64,000 nucleotides of DNA, taken from positions 15,074,655-15,138,654 of the forward strand of contig NC_134033.1 in the NCBI RefSeq assembly GCF_964204645.1, read 5' to 3'. The notes beneath the pieces were generated by a model. That model was not told the origin of the DNA and made no database searches. It saw only the letters and a program-made list of their open reading frames with translations. The translations under genes and the position numbers were made by a program. Numbering within the stretch: position 1 is the stretch's first letter; the number at the start of each line of letters is the position of its first letter. Below, in pieces: positions 48,373 through 62,419 of this stretch. Source of the DNA: Tubulanus polymorphus. Taxonomy: Eukaryota > Animalia > Nemertea.

Positions 48373-51300
48373 ATATCTAGATTGGAAGTGGATCTACAGG
48401 AGTGATTAGACAAGGGTATAGTTTTGGAGGGGCAGTTCTGGAGGGTACTATGTATATTATGTAAGTATGTACATCATTGCGTACACACAGTACAGTATAG
48501 TATTTCTATATTTCAAAACGATGAAATTAGTAATTTTTACACATTTTACAGCAAGGAACAAGTGGCTAAGAGATTTCAGTAATGCATCGCGAAAGATGCA
48601 ATTCCTAAGAGGTCGAGTGTCAAATTTGTGCCGGTTCCGAGGACGTCTGCGTTGACAACCTCGTTGGGAAAACTGGCCCGAAACGCCTTCGTACAGATAG
48701 AGGCTTATCGCTGATCGATACGTAAAGATCCATTGTACATTATCCGATAAGCAGAACAGATAAGCAACCTGTTAAGTGGAATTGGCGATGATAGTTATGA
48801 GAAATAACAGTTTTGACATCGAGAAGCTTCGCGCGCGACGTTAGAAGATGTGAAACTCTCTCGTCGGGTAGTGACAGCTCGAACTGATCTCAGTTACTAA
48901 TTGACAACAGTTCCCGGTGATTTATATATACACCCTACGCATCCTTATACGACATATTCATAATCACAATCTGTTCTATCTCGTTGTAGACTCGCGGAGT
49001 AATTACAATCAACTCTACGACCGATGATCCTCGTCGCAAAACCAAAAGCATCGTCGTCGTCGTCGCGCTGTTCGAATGAATCTCTTCACAAACCGTTCGT
49101 AGACAGACGGACAGACGCTATTAACCGAGTATTAACAGAATTCATGAGATGCCATGATTTAGTTGTTCGACGCGGGAAGGCCGACGAGCCGAAACTCGAG
49201 TCTTGATTAGGAGAGAAGGGTAGTTTAGTAGATGTGGAAGGTTGTTCCGGACGGTAGACTGGAAGATTGATGGGCATCGGGGTTGATCGAGGAGTTAGAT
49301 CGGAAGTATATCTACAGGATTGATTTGACAAGAAGGGTATAGTTTTAGAGGGCTGGTTCTGGAAGGTACTGGTCATCTGGAGGAATCATAGTCAGAAGAG
49401 GGTAGGTTCTAAAGGGTAAACTGGATGCTTGATGGTAGGTCAAGAGGGTTAATTGGGAGAGGGTTGCTTTGAAGAGTAAGAGCAGGAGAGAGGACTGGAT
49501 GGTTGATGGTAGATTAAGACAGTAGATCTATAGGGTTCATTGGGTAGATTAAGAGAATCTTGGGAGAGGGTTGCTTAGAAGGGTAAGATCAGTGGAGTGG
49601 ATGGTTGATGGTAGATTAAGACGGTAGATCTAGAGTGTAGATTAAGAGGGTTGATAGGGAGAGTAGAGGATAGTTTTTGACTGGGATAGGTTCAGAAAGG
49701 TTGTAGACATATATCGCGAGATGTGATTTTCCGGCGCGGCAGGTTTTTAAATCGAAAATAATTCGAATCGTTTTCGAACGTCAAGAGATGATGTCGTTTT
49801 AATTGTTGCCGTGACTACAGCGAATTGATGTAATGTCTGCGCGCGATGACGGCGGCGAGGATGAGGAGGAGGAGGTAATCTTCCTCACGGGAATAACACG
49901 TTGTTTCTCGGGGATAAATCAACCGGCGAACGAAGCGTCGACACCGACGACTAATTGAGATGCGTTTTAACGACAGTTGAACAAACATTCGTCGATTTAA
50001 AAATAATCAACACTGATTTCATTAATGGCAAATATAGACGACGTCTGTTGATCAAAAGTAGATCAAGGTTTTTTTTTATCTGGATTGACCCTGTTATTTT
50101 ATTTGATTGGTAAATGTCGTTTGAATTTTTTGATTGAGTGCCCCTTACAAACCCACACCTGCCAGGAGCAGAACAGGGGGTTTGATTTTGAAATCGGAAA
50201 TCGAAGTACAGCTATAGCTGTGTGATCGGCGGTCGAGTTTACAACTGTGTTTTGTTTTAATCGAAGTACATGATTGGGAAATTCGGTTCCGGTTCATTCA
50301 AACAATCTTCCATTCAGTCTGAACTGGTAAGCGACTGTAGATCAAGGTTTTAACTCGTGGACTAATATTAAAGTGACAATTGAAATATTATGTATTGTTA
50401 CCAAAATGTATTTGTCAACCAGCGAAATCCTAAACACATGTATCAGTTTGCATGATCAGTTTCTGAAAGTGTGCTGATAAAATTTCTAATATCTGGTGTT
50501 CGTAGTTCATTTCCGATTGAAAATATCTCTGAAGGGTGAAGTTCTGGACACATGTGAAGTGTGAAAGATCAATGTGTGCTAATAAAATGTCTAATGGGAT
50601 TTGTGTCTAATGTCTGGTGTTTGTAGTTCATTTTCAATTAAAAATGTCTCAGGTGAAGTTCTGAACACATGTGAAGTGTGGACGATCAGTTTTTGAAAGT
50701 GTTCTGATAAAATGTCTAATATCTGGTGATTGTAGTTCATTTTCAATTAAAAATGTCTCAGGTGAAGCACTGAACACATGTGAAGTGTGGACAAGAATGG
50801 TCATAAAGTATGTAACATCTGAGGGAGTTGCGATGTCCAGGATGAGGGTCACCGATATTCAACCTAAAACGCACATTAATTATTTCTATGTATCGAATGT
50901 CATCTGGTCTCATTACGACAGACACCAGACGCTTGTGCCGTGAACATGTGACTTCACATTTAACAATATTAACAGAAATTCTCATTAGGAATTCATTACA
51001 TGCATTCCGGTAATTACTAACAGAACGAATGGAAAGGGGTCACACCGGGTTACAGAATAACACGAACCTCTCAGTAGATTCCTGAATTATTTGCGACACA
51101 GTCCCAGGACTATTCGGGCAGCAGTTACAGGATTATATGGGCAACAATTCCAGGATAATTTGGGCAGCAGTTCTGGAATTGTTTAGCCAGAAATTCCAGG
51201 AGCATGTACAGAGAATAATCTGAAGTTATTAAAGGACGGTATTTGTCCAACGAAAAAAAACTGTCGCGACAAAGAAAATAGAGAGATAGAAGGCGGAACT

Positions 51301-51795
51301 GCCGACCACTCCCGAGATAACCCCGCTAATCCATTACCGTGGTAACCGTACGGTAATCCATTAACGTAAGGATTAGCGCCGTCTCAGCGAAAACAACGTC
51401 GCGAAAAATGAAAACACGTAACGCAATCCGCGAACGGCGTTTAATGCGTGGTACATTAAGCGTGAATACGAGAAAAACCGTACAGCCGATTAGACGGTCG
51501 AATTATTGGAATTATGCGCTCGAAATTCCAACACATTGATTGTAAACGTACAAGAGCATTGTCTAATACCAGGGTCCATAGCTTCCGGGCCAGTCTTTAT
51601 TCCAGGCCATTTTGAATATGTAAAACACCACAATTGATGAAATAAAGAATTGAACAGTCTGAAACACACTGCTAAATCCAATCTCTATATTCAGCATGGA
51701 CCATAATGCTTATCTATTTTTGTCTGAGATTTTTTTTAGGATATTTCTCTTAATCTTTCGAACACATACCTCAAATTGGTCTCACTACGACCAAA

Positions 51796-51833
<38 letters not shown>

Positions 51834-52309
51834 TAATAATAATAATAATAATAATAGAAATAACAATAGTTGCGAACGGTATCGTAGGGTTTGAAGCTTT
51901 TAAAAGGAATTGATTTTTTCAACTCTAGCCGGATCGGGCGAAGGGGAAATGGCGTGTATCGGAGAGAGGGAGGTGCTACGTATCAGGGATGGGTAGGCAT
52001 CAAAGCCGGCGAAGATACTTGGATGACCGCACTTAAAAGCCGATATCGCGTCGGAGCGGTTTGCGTTTCCGATTCGGACGATATCTCTCGTCGGAACGGG
52101 TACATAATGAGAGTCGTGTGAGTGTGTGGGAGTGGGCTGAGACACCGCACACGGAAACCTGACCATCAAACAAACACAGGTCTAATCTGCACGATTCATG
52201 AATTTATTCGCGTCACGTGTAAACTGCCTGTAATAGCAGCAGCGGTGGCGGTGGTGGTAATACAGTTGTTTATTTATTGAGACATCATAAAACAGCAGAC
52301 TCAGCCAGG

Positions 52310-54530
52310 CACAGGACAATAGGGGAGGGGAGACTGGAACAAGGGAAGGGAGACTAGGGAGAGGAGACTAGGGAGAGGAGACTAGGGCAGGACAATAGGG
52401 GAGCGGAGACTGGAACAAGAGACTAGGGAGAGGAGACTAGGGCAGGACAATAGGGAAGGGGAGACTGGAACAAAGGACTAGGGGAGAGGAGACTAGGGCA
52501 GGACAATAGGGGAGGGGAGACTGGAACAAGAGACTAGGGCAGTTACAAAACAGACGTGACTGACCTTAATTCAAAAGTGGTCTAAAATCTCAAAACTTAA
52601 TTTATTCTGTCAAATCATCTATAGAACGAAGATGGTCTTGAGCTGGTCTTAATAAGAAGCCATGATTGTGCAAATGAGTGGACAGGCAGACTGAGTCAGC
52701 AGCTAGGGCAGGAGTCTATAGGGTAAGACAGTGCAGATCATGGCGAAGGGGTTATGCTGGTACAGGTGGATGTACAACTCGGGCAGGCAGAGGGAGTGAT
52801 AGTGATGAGACCTGAGGTTTACCTACATTACCTCATTCCATACGCGGCACCACTGAACTATCATACCACGCAATTCAATATTTATGTTATACCTAATAGA
52901 CAAACGGCCCTTACAACTCTGTTATATAGAATTAATGCTTTCCAATAAGCAGTACAACATACGTGTGACAGTGAATTGTCGACACCTCCCTCCTCCCCAT
53001 GAAACCCCCCGCCCCCTGCGGCGTTAAAAACTGTGTCCTATTGGATGATGACACATTATCAACCGCTGTGAGGGATTTCAATAGGTTTTACTAATATACT
53101 AATTACTATCCATACATTACACGCCTGATGAATATGAGAACTAGTTCCATCGGTCCGGCTGTCTACCAGCCTGTCTGTCTACCAGCCTGTCTGTCTACTA
53201 GCCTGTCTGTCTACCAGCCTGTCTGTCTACCAGCCTGTCTGTCTACCAGCCTGTCTGTCTACCAGCCTGTCTGTCTACCAGCCTGTCTGTAGTGTAGTTT
53301 GTGATCAGTGAGTATGGTTTTTAGACAGTTTTATATCGGTTGCAACAGATTAGTTTTAAAACGAACTATGAAATAGACAGACATCCCTCGACCGCAGATC
53401 CCCTCAGCTTCCCCTCTACTAGTTCCCCAAAACTTCCCCTCAACCACAGACCACCCACAACCATACATCCACTTCCACCAAACATCCCTCTCAACCACAG
53501 ACCACCCCCAACCATACATCCACTTCCACCAAACATCCCTCTCAACCACAGACCACCCCCAACCATACATCCACTTCCACCAAACATCCCTCTCAACCAC
53601 AGACCACCCACAACCATACATCCACTTCCACCAAACATCCCCCTCAGCATCCCCTCTACGAGTTCCCCAAAACTTCCCCTCAACCACAGACAACCCACAA
53701 CCATACATCCACTTCCACCAAACATCTATCTCACCATCTAAATGACACAGGAGTTGAGAAGATACGAACTCGCGTACATTGAAGACCTGGTAATCTCACT
53801 GTGGCAAGCGAGGACCTAACAGGTAGCACTAGTGTGCATTGGGACTATTAATTTCTTGTCGCTGGTTTATTACCAGTAAGCCACAATCAGCGGGGGTTTA
53901 CCACCGGTCAGCCACAATCCCTCACAATCAGCTACAGACTGCCAGGGTTTACCACCGGTCAGCCACAATCCCTCACAATCAGCTACAGACTGCCAGGGTT
54001 TACCACCAGTCAGCCACAATCAGCTACAGACAGTCACAGAGACTACTTGTTCATTCTAGACAGTAACGAAATAAACACTGCGAGAGATGGAGAACATAAA
54101 ACAGTAATGAAACCGGGCGAAAAGAAAGAATGAATGACCGACGAAATGAGATGAAATGAGACCGCGTACAGATGTTACATGTAATAAATAATCCATTCAC
54201 AGACAGTTACATAAAAACATACACAACAATCACAACAACTCTACAGCAGGATTTACAGCACAATCGCAACAACTCTACAGCAGGATTTACAGCACAATCG
54301 CAACAACTCTACAGCAGGATTTACAGCACAATCGCAACAACTCTACAGCAGGATTTACAGCAAAATCAAAACTCTACAGCAGGATTTACAGCACAATCGC
54401 AACAACTCTACAGCAGGATTTACAGCAAAATCAAAACTCTACAGCAGGATTTACAGCACAATCGCAACAACTCTACAGCAGGATTTACAACACAATCGCA
54501 ACAAATCTACATCAGAATTTACAGCAAACT
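52310..54530. repeat. cluster of unrelated minisatellites (52310-52540; 16-bp 53160-53290; 53390-53725; 53870-54030; about 33-bp 54225-54530)
   Basis: direct inspection; these explain the repetitive ORFs in the track. Confidence 0.9.
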
Positions 54531-55141
54531 CACAGCAATTCTGTGCTGTACAAAAAATGAAAACCATTCCCCCTACAAAACATCCAGATTTGACAGTCAG
54601 GGAGAGTGGTTCTGGGGTTGGTGAGGTCAGTATGGCCGGGGTAGTCGGGGTGCTAGCTCTAGGCAGGAAGGGGTAGTCAGAGTGGTAAGGTTCTGGGATG
54701 ATGAGCCAGATAGTCGGTCGGTCGGGCGGCTGATTATCAGACAACTGTAGGAATTCTATGATTGCGTATATATACACATATATCTCGCGTCTCACTCTAA
54801 CGAACATAAATGTTCCACATATTTGATACAAATACCACGAATACTTGACCCTGACAGCGGTAGTTAACAATATATGAGAGTGGAGGGGGGAGGGGGAACT
54901 TCGCGGTCAATATATTAACTACTCATTCATAGTGAACAAGAAATATCCAAGAGTGTTAACCGTCAACCATCTAGAGCCACAACGCAGCCCGACTCAAGAG
55001 TTGCAATCCTTCATATTCGGTACCTTAGCAAAAAGCTTCTAGAACTCTATCAAGAAAGACAAGATTCTGGCAAGATTTCGATCTTTTAGTCTTTCATTTT
55101 CAACACGTTTTCCTGGTCCTAATAACCACATTTTCATATAT

Positions 55142-55217
<76 letters not shown>

Positions 55218-58200
55218 CTACTAAAATATACTCGCTAAGGCAGAATTGAATATTCATGAACACGAACACTAATACTAAAACCACGAAAAAGAGATTATCC
55301 GTATTTCTAAATTTCCTGAAATTTCAAAACTTTTAAATAATTACTTCTAATTTCCATAACTATTTCCGGATATTCAGAACTAGAACAAACCATTTCACCT
55401 GCTCTCATCAACAAAAACGCTTCACAACCCAATCACGCTCCGAACACGCCACTCAATTCTGAGTTCCCAGTTTTTACTGGATTCCAATTTTAGTCGTTAA
55501 ATAATAAAATAACAGTCACTAACAGCATACGGAATACGCACAGAGCTGAATTTCTAGGTAATAATTGATAACGGGAAAAAATAGACCGATAATCGGAAAT
55601 AAACTTTGCCCCACGCTTTCAAACATGACCGAACGAAATTCTTTTTTAACGTATCGGGGGCCGATATAGGGGTGGACTTTGACAGGAAGGTGACAGAATC
55701 AAATTCTTTAGAGGCCTTTTTTTCAATCATTTGGATTACAATCCGTCGCCCAGGATTTCGCCAAATCATTACGTATCAAAAAAAAAAATTTTTCTTTAAA
55801 TCTCAGTTATATGTTCATCATAACTCTTCGCAAAAAAAGACATTAAAAATTTCTCAATAAGGAGGTAGATTATACGGGGATGTGTGGTTATATTTCAAGC
55901 GAGCGAAGAGACAACCGACTAGTATTTATGTATGACAGGATTGGTTTATGACTGTTCATATAAACCTCACATAGAATTACATATGAATATTTCATAAATG
56001 ATTGCATTTTTATGATTTTCCTCGCCGAGGCAGAGTGGAGAAACCCGAGTATCGGTAGACTCCCGAATCAGCGGCATTCCGAGTATTCCAATCCGAAGTG
56101 TCTAGTATCGGGTGGAATTTTTTTCGAAATATGGTCTGCATGATTTTTTCTTGTGGTTTTAATGATGATGATGATAATAATAATAATAATAATAATATTT
56201 ATTTATGGTACATTCTGTTCCATAAAACATCTCAAAAGACTTTCCAAATTACAGATATAAAACTTGAGTAATAGTAATTTAACTTCTATAGCGCCCTTAT
56301 CATTGAAATACAATGTTCAACGGTGCTTTCCAATAAACTGGTATTATCACCCCCAGCCTATAAATCTAACCATTTATCAGTCATCTCTCCCTGGGTAGAA
56401 GTAACACCCGAGCAGCTGCTAGGCACTCAGGAGTCATCAGGCCAGGTACCCATTTACTCCTGGGTGGATAGAGGCAATGAGGATAAGTGCCTTACCCGGG
56501 GACACTACGGTAATGTACGAGGCTCGTACCCACGACCTCGCTTCCCAACGTCGAATTGCACCAACCACTCGCCCCCGCAATGCTTGCGATAAAACATTAA
56601 TTGAACATTGGGCAAATAAATAAGATGATAGCATGACACATGAAAACAGAAGGCAGATCAAATATTACCAAAACAGTCAGTATCAATAGGATTTGCAACT
56701 CCTCTTTGTGGCAAAAACCAGACTTCTAAACACGTATGAGACTTCTAATACTGTGAATTGATGCCACCAGTTTTTCATTGTAAAACACAACTGAAACATT
56801 GACGTCAGATGCTGTTAAACGATACCACGTCGTATTTAACGCGGATTACCCTCACTTGCCATGGGTGGAGTCAATAACGTTCAACGGTTGCGATCGAGGG
56901 GTCGACGACGACTACGTCAAAGCTAAACTGACTGTCTTCGAAAAATGAAAATCGCCATCTGAAGAACCCATCCCCCTTAGATCCGGCTAGTCAGACTTAC
57001 ATTTACAACTGGTCTAAGCTTAGTTCTATAGCTAATCTAACAACTTAAGACCAGTCTAAGATCATCTTAGTGTTCTATAGACAATCTAACAGCTCAAGAA
57101 CAGTCTAACATTATTTGGTTGTATAGCCAAACCCTTGTTAATGAGAATATGATATAGTATATCCTTAGTCAATAGCGAGCGGCCACAGCCGACCGGTCAC
57201 CAGACTATTTACCTGACTGGTCACCACACTATCCAGACAAAATTACAAACTGTGTCAATCACTACAGCTCAATGGTCTAGTGGTTAGGACAGAGGACTGG
57301 CAAGCAGAGGGCCCAGGTTCAAATCCCAGTGTGTCTAGGATTATCAGTGACCTATAGGTTTAGGGTTCAGGCCAGTTAAGGTTAGGGACTGACCACGCAC
57401 AATACCCTTTTTAATACCCTTTTTTGATAGAGTACAACCTTATGGGAACACCTTTTCAATGATATCATTTTGATATTTCTCAGATATTTGTGAGATCGAT
57501 ATCTCCGTTTCATCATGTTTTCAATTTACGAATGAAGCGCGTCTGAAAAGCGCAATTCGCCGACTTTTCCTTACATGTCACAGATTGAGATCAATTTACA
57601 CCGATGGATGGAATATTATTCTTTGTTCATCAGTTTTGATCGTCTCACTGCACGTGTAACAGCCTTTAACACTCTGTGCAAGTTAACCTCCAAGAAAAAT
57701 TGCCTCTATAAATCTCCCTATGACATCATCACTAGCTAGTTATATGGTGTATGCATATAACCTCCAAGGAAAATAGCCTCCGTATATCACCCTATGACAT
57801 CATCACTACCTAGTAATTTGATATATATATTACCCCCAACAATAGAGGTAGCCTTCACGAATCCCCCTATGACATCATCGCTGGTTTATTATTTGATACA
57901 TACATAGGCCCATAACATCCGAGAATGGCAGCTTCTATGAATCCCCTCATGACATCACGAATTATCTTTATTCAATATCCCATTTTCGTAATAATTACAG
58001 AGTCCCGAGGGCCCGGTTTTATAGACTGGTATCAACTTTAACCCGGGGATTAACTCAATTCATTTTCAATTGAGTCGCCCCCGGGTTGAAGTTAATGCCA
58101 GTCTATAAAACCAGGGGCCAGTTGCATAGTCACGGCTTAGATTTAAGACCAGTCTAAGACCAACTAAGTTCTATACTCGATCCAACAATTTGAGACCAGT

Positions 58201-60639
58201 CTTAAGATTTAAGACCACTTTTGGACGTAAGTCACGACTGCGCAACTGGGCCCAGGCCCAGATGCATATTCCATTATAATAGGCTTACATCCCCCTATGA
58301 CATCATAGTCAACAGGCTGCGTTTTATAAACCCGTGACTCGCAATCTCGATCGGAAAAAAATCTCGTCTCAAAAAAACCGAACGTTACAAACTTTAGATT
58401 ATTTACGGTCGACCGAGAGACAGTTACAGAACTAATCGGGCGTCGCGTGTGTATAACTTTAGACGGTTTACGTATCATTAACCGAGCGCTCGATTAAACA
58501 GAAAACCGCAGTAATTATCGGTAATTAGCCCGACCGATGAGAGATCAATCGCATTAATCAATAAACGAGATCGATATTGACACTATTGATACACTATACC
58601 GAGTTCACTTTATAAAACACCGGCAAACAGTCAGCGGCAAACAGTCAGCTTCTTTCATCCGCTGCATCTTCTCTTTAAACCCTAGTCACTTCCGCATCAT
58701 TGCGGAGATAGGTAGGGAAGAGCGGGCACGTACGTGGCCTCTATTTTGGGTCGGCGCAAATCGGTAGAAAAGGCGGAACTCGTTCGACGACGTAGTCGCG
58801 ACCCATCGAAAATTTTGAAAATTTGAAGCTATTTAGTCGTACATTTTTACCGTCAAAGTTATTGAGTATTTCATACTTAGTCAGTGAAACATCGACATAA
58901 TATAATCAATTTCATCTTTGATAACCAGTCGACCTATTTCGGCTCATTTGCCCAGTGGTTAAACAGCTTGTCCAATACGAGTAACAGCCGAACTCAGGGT
59001 CTGTCGGGGAGGCACCTTTGCATCCAACGCACACCCCTAGGTACGGACCTGAAGAGGATGTTGAGAGGTTTGACAACCCGTTTAAACTAAACTAAACTAT
59101 TCGATTTCCGAATTCAGTTTTGCAGTTTCTGGGCTTTGATCTGACTTGTGAAGGATAAAATCGGGTAGTATTGAAAAGGCCAGCTGAATAATTTGCACTA
59201 TCCAAGCCAAGCGCTGGTAGGGGGCCACGAGCAGGGGGAGCTTTAGGGGGTATATTCCCCCTTGAAGTCCCCCCCAATCACAGCGCTTGTAACAAACGAC
59301 ATTAGGCTTCTGTTGGATTTCCCGTTAAATGGACCAATCAGGAACATTTTACCGAACAAGGAAGTATTTTCGCCAGTTAGTCAAATCTTTGTCATGCGGC
59401 GTCATGCGCGAAGATGTACCCGTAATGAAATCACGCGTCGCGAGACCAGGGGGCTGGCTGGTTGAAGCGAGTTCGGGGAGCGATACCACACCCCTGGCAA
59501 GCGAGGATGACAGTAAGTCAAATCGCTTTGTTACCGCTATTTATGATATCGATTCGCTATTAATAATACAGATTGAACCGGTCAACGTTATCAATGTTTC
59601 ATCTTTGTTCAGCTGTTAACTGGCTATATTACTGCACAATAAATTCAGTACACAATATCTAAATACGCTCAATCTCTTCAACTTAAACCAACGATCAATA
59701 TGAAGAGTTTATACGATGAACTGGTGAAATACGACCAGTCTAAGAATTAAGGGAGACTACGTAGGGAATGCAGGGTCGGATTAGACAATCAGAAATTCCC
59801 CTCGACTCTCATTCATCAGTAATCTAGAGGGTAAGACACTCAGTAATAACTTTCACATTTCTGTTCAAATTAACCAGTTATTAAGGGGGGAAATACCCTC
59901 AATAACATCCTTCATATTTCTGTTCAAATTAATCAGTTATCAACAGTAAGACCCTCAGTAACATCTTTCATATTTCTGTTCAAATTAATCAGTAATCAAC
60001 AGTAAGACCCTCAGTAACATCTTTCATATTTCTGTTCAAATTAATCAGTAATCACCAGTAAGACCCTCAGTAAGAACTTTCAAATTTCCGTTCAAATTAA
60101 TCAGTAATCAACAGTAAGACCCTCAATAACATCCTTCATATTTCTGTTCAAATTAATCAGTTATTAAGGAGGCAAGACCCTCCAGACTTCATATTTCTAT
60201 TCAACTAATTAGTAAATCGACAGTAAGACCCTCAGTAACAACTATTAGATTCCTCAACATACATCAAACAAATCAAACCGGGACCAAAAAATTACAAAAT
60301 AGCAAAAATACATAAAGCTTTCAGTATTTTTGAATACATTTAATACCGTGAATAGATGTCAGGGGCGTCTGCTAGAGATACACATGTATGTGATATTAAT
60401 TTTACCTGTTTCTCAGTTAAATAATCAATAACGACTGCATATAGACAATGATGTAGTTTATTATTAATCCGTGTTTGAGGCGACGGTGGTCGTGGTGCTG
60501 CTGCTGCGCTCGGCGTCCGTGGAGGGAGCTGTTACTGCGTCAATAGTCAACATACTGAATACTACGTATCATAAAATACAGTCAACAACATCTGTGACAT
60601 CAGTATCGGAGAGAGAGCACGGCTTTTATTAGTACGGTA

Positions 60640-61025
60640 AACGCTCAACAGGTGGTAGCACTATCTGGCTTTTGTTGCTTACGGCAGTGTCCAACAGATG
60701 GCAGCACTATCTGGCCGATATAGCAGCAGTACAAGCAACAGCTTATATCAGTTACGGTGATATCCAACAGATGACAGCACCGTCTAGCCGTCATGCATCA
60801 GATTTGATCAGTTACAGTTCTGTTCAACAGATGACAGCCCTGTCTGGATTGAGACAGCCATACCAATTCATTAGTTACGGTAATTACCAACAGATGACAG
60901 CACTATCTAAGCTCCACGAGACATTAGTTCGAGTGAGTATCCGCAAGGTGACAGCACTTTCCACGGAAAGTTTTCGCATGGTATGTTTAAAGCGAACACC
61001 GAGTAGAAGACAGCACTTTCCGGAC
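60640..61025. repeat. degenerate tandem repeat (about 40-75 bp spacing) with CTCF-like core caacagatg(g/a)cagcact
   Basis: core repeated about 7 times in the same orientation. Confidence 0.75.
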
Positions 61026-62419
61026 CGCAGGGAAATATCAATGTAGTGGATTAGTATCGATATCATACAACAGAGTGCGCCGCTAGCTATCAATACAACC
61101 CACCAGTACTATTCAGTACTATTCCAAATTGCTAAATTTATGTTTCGCTTTGGCCTTTTTATGCAATTGTAATTATCTCATGTTCACAGGCATATATTTT
61201 TTGTTTTCATGTTGAAATTTTTACATTCTTTTACTTTTGTTTTGTATTGTTATGTATTGTATCGTGTGGTGTGGTGTGGTGTGGTGTGGTATGGTATGGT
61301 ATGGTATGGTATGGTATTGTATTGTATTGTATTGCTGTAACTGACTGCAACGATGAAATACTGTAAAATACCAACTTACCTCAATTCAAAGGTTGCCGAT
61401 TAGATGTTTTATCCAAACTTCTTTCGTCTTACGGTTAATCTTCTAGTTCCACACCTCCAGCGTGACCCGTGTCCAGTACGACCTATATGAACTCTGTCCG
61501 ATGAACCTATATGCCATTCGTCTGCTGGGACCTGTATCATGACCTGTATCATTCATTGTTTACAATTCATACTAATTACATAACATTTAACAGAAAAAGT
61601 CAGACATTTCAACATGAATAGGCTTAACAAAAACGATACCTTGTTTCTCCTAATCGGCCGGGTCACTTTTTTTTAAAAATACATTAAAATTTGTAGGCCT
61701 AATCATTTCTGTAACTGCCGGGTCTGTTATTTTTCCCTTGATCATGATTTAGAAAAAAATTTGTAATCATTTCTATAACTGCCGGGTCTGTTTATTGTTA
61801 CATTGATCATGATTTTTTTTTTAAAGTAACGTACAGGGTAGATAGGTGACTACCCGGATCAACTTGTAAGCTCAGCAGAGCGGAGAAACAAAGTATCAAC
61901 TTTTTTTTAGCCATTAATAAATAAATAGAAGAATCTTCGGGGCGTGTCTGAAAAATTATATCTAAAATAAATTACGTATATTATTATTATGCATCATCAT
62001 TACAACGTCTCGGGAATTCACCTGGAAACAACTCCGTATCAGTTTCATCAACACCTATCTCTAGAGCCCGAGTTTCCATCAATCCTGAAATAAATTTCAT
62101 CAGATTCTCGCTAGCGGATTTCGATGAATTTGCTTGGCGTCGCCCACACGACAGTAACTGTTCTGGTGGGCGATGCTGGACTCATCTACGTTAGATAGGT
62201 GTCGACTGATGCTGCACAGAGATTCGAAATAAAACACGAGATGAGATTGTTATTTTAACGAACAACACGAAGAGACAAGCTACACTTGTCATTGTTTCAA
62301 ATGTCAAGGTCGTCGAAACGTTCTAATAGTGTCGCATATGAAGACCTGTCTGACAGACGGGTCGAGTGCTGGCAGTGCCTCTAGTCTCCTGACACAGAGA
62401 GGGGGAGAGGGGGAGGGTG

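Noticed and set aside
49888-49988. ATG frame MFVQLSLKR... ending at a gtgagg donor
   Set aside because: Donor falls in phase 1, incompatible with the phase-0 downstream exons
61380-62212. Exon-like segments with splice signals (donor 61380; about 62022-62084)
   Set aside because: Stops in all frames before the 61380 donor and no consistent phase chain or homology; could be non-coding exons but unsupported
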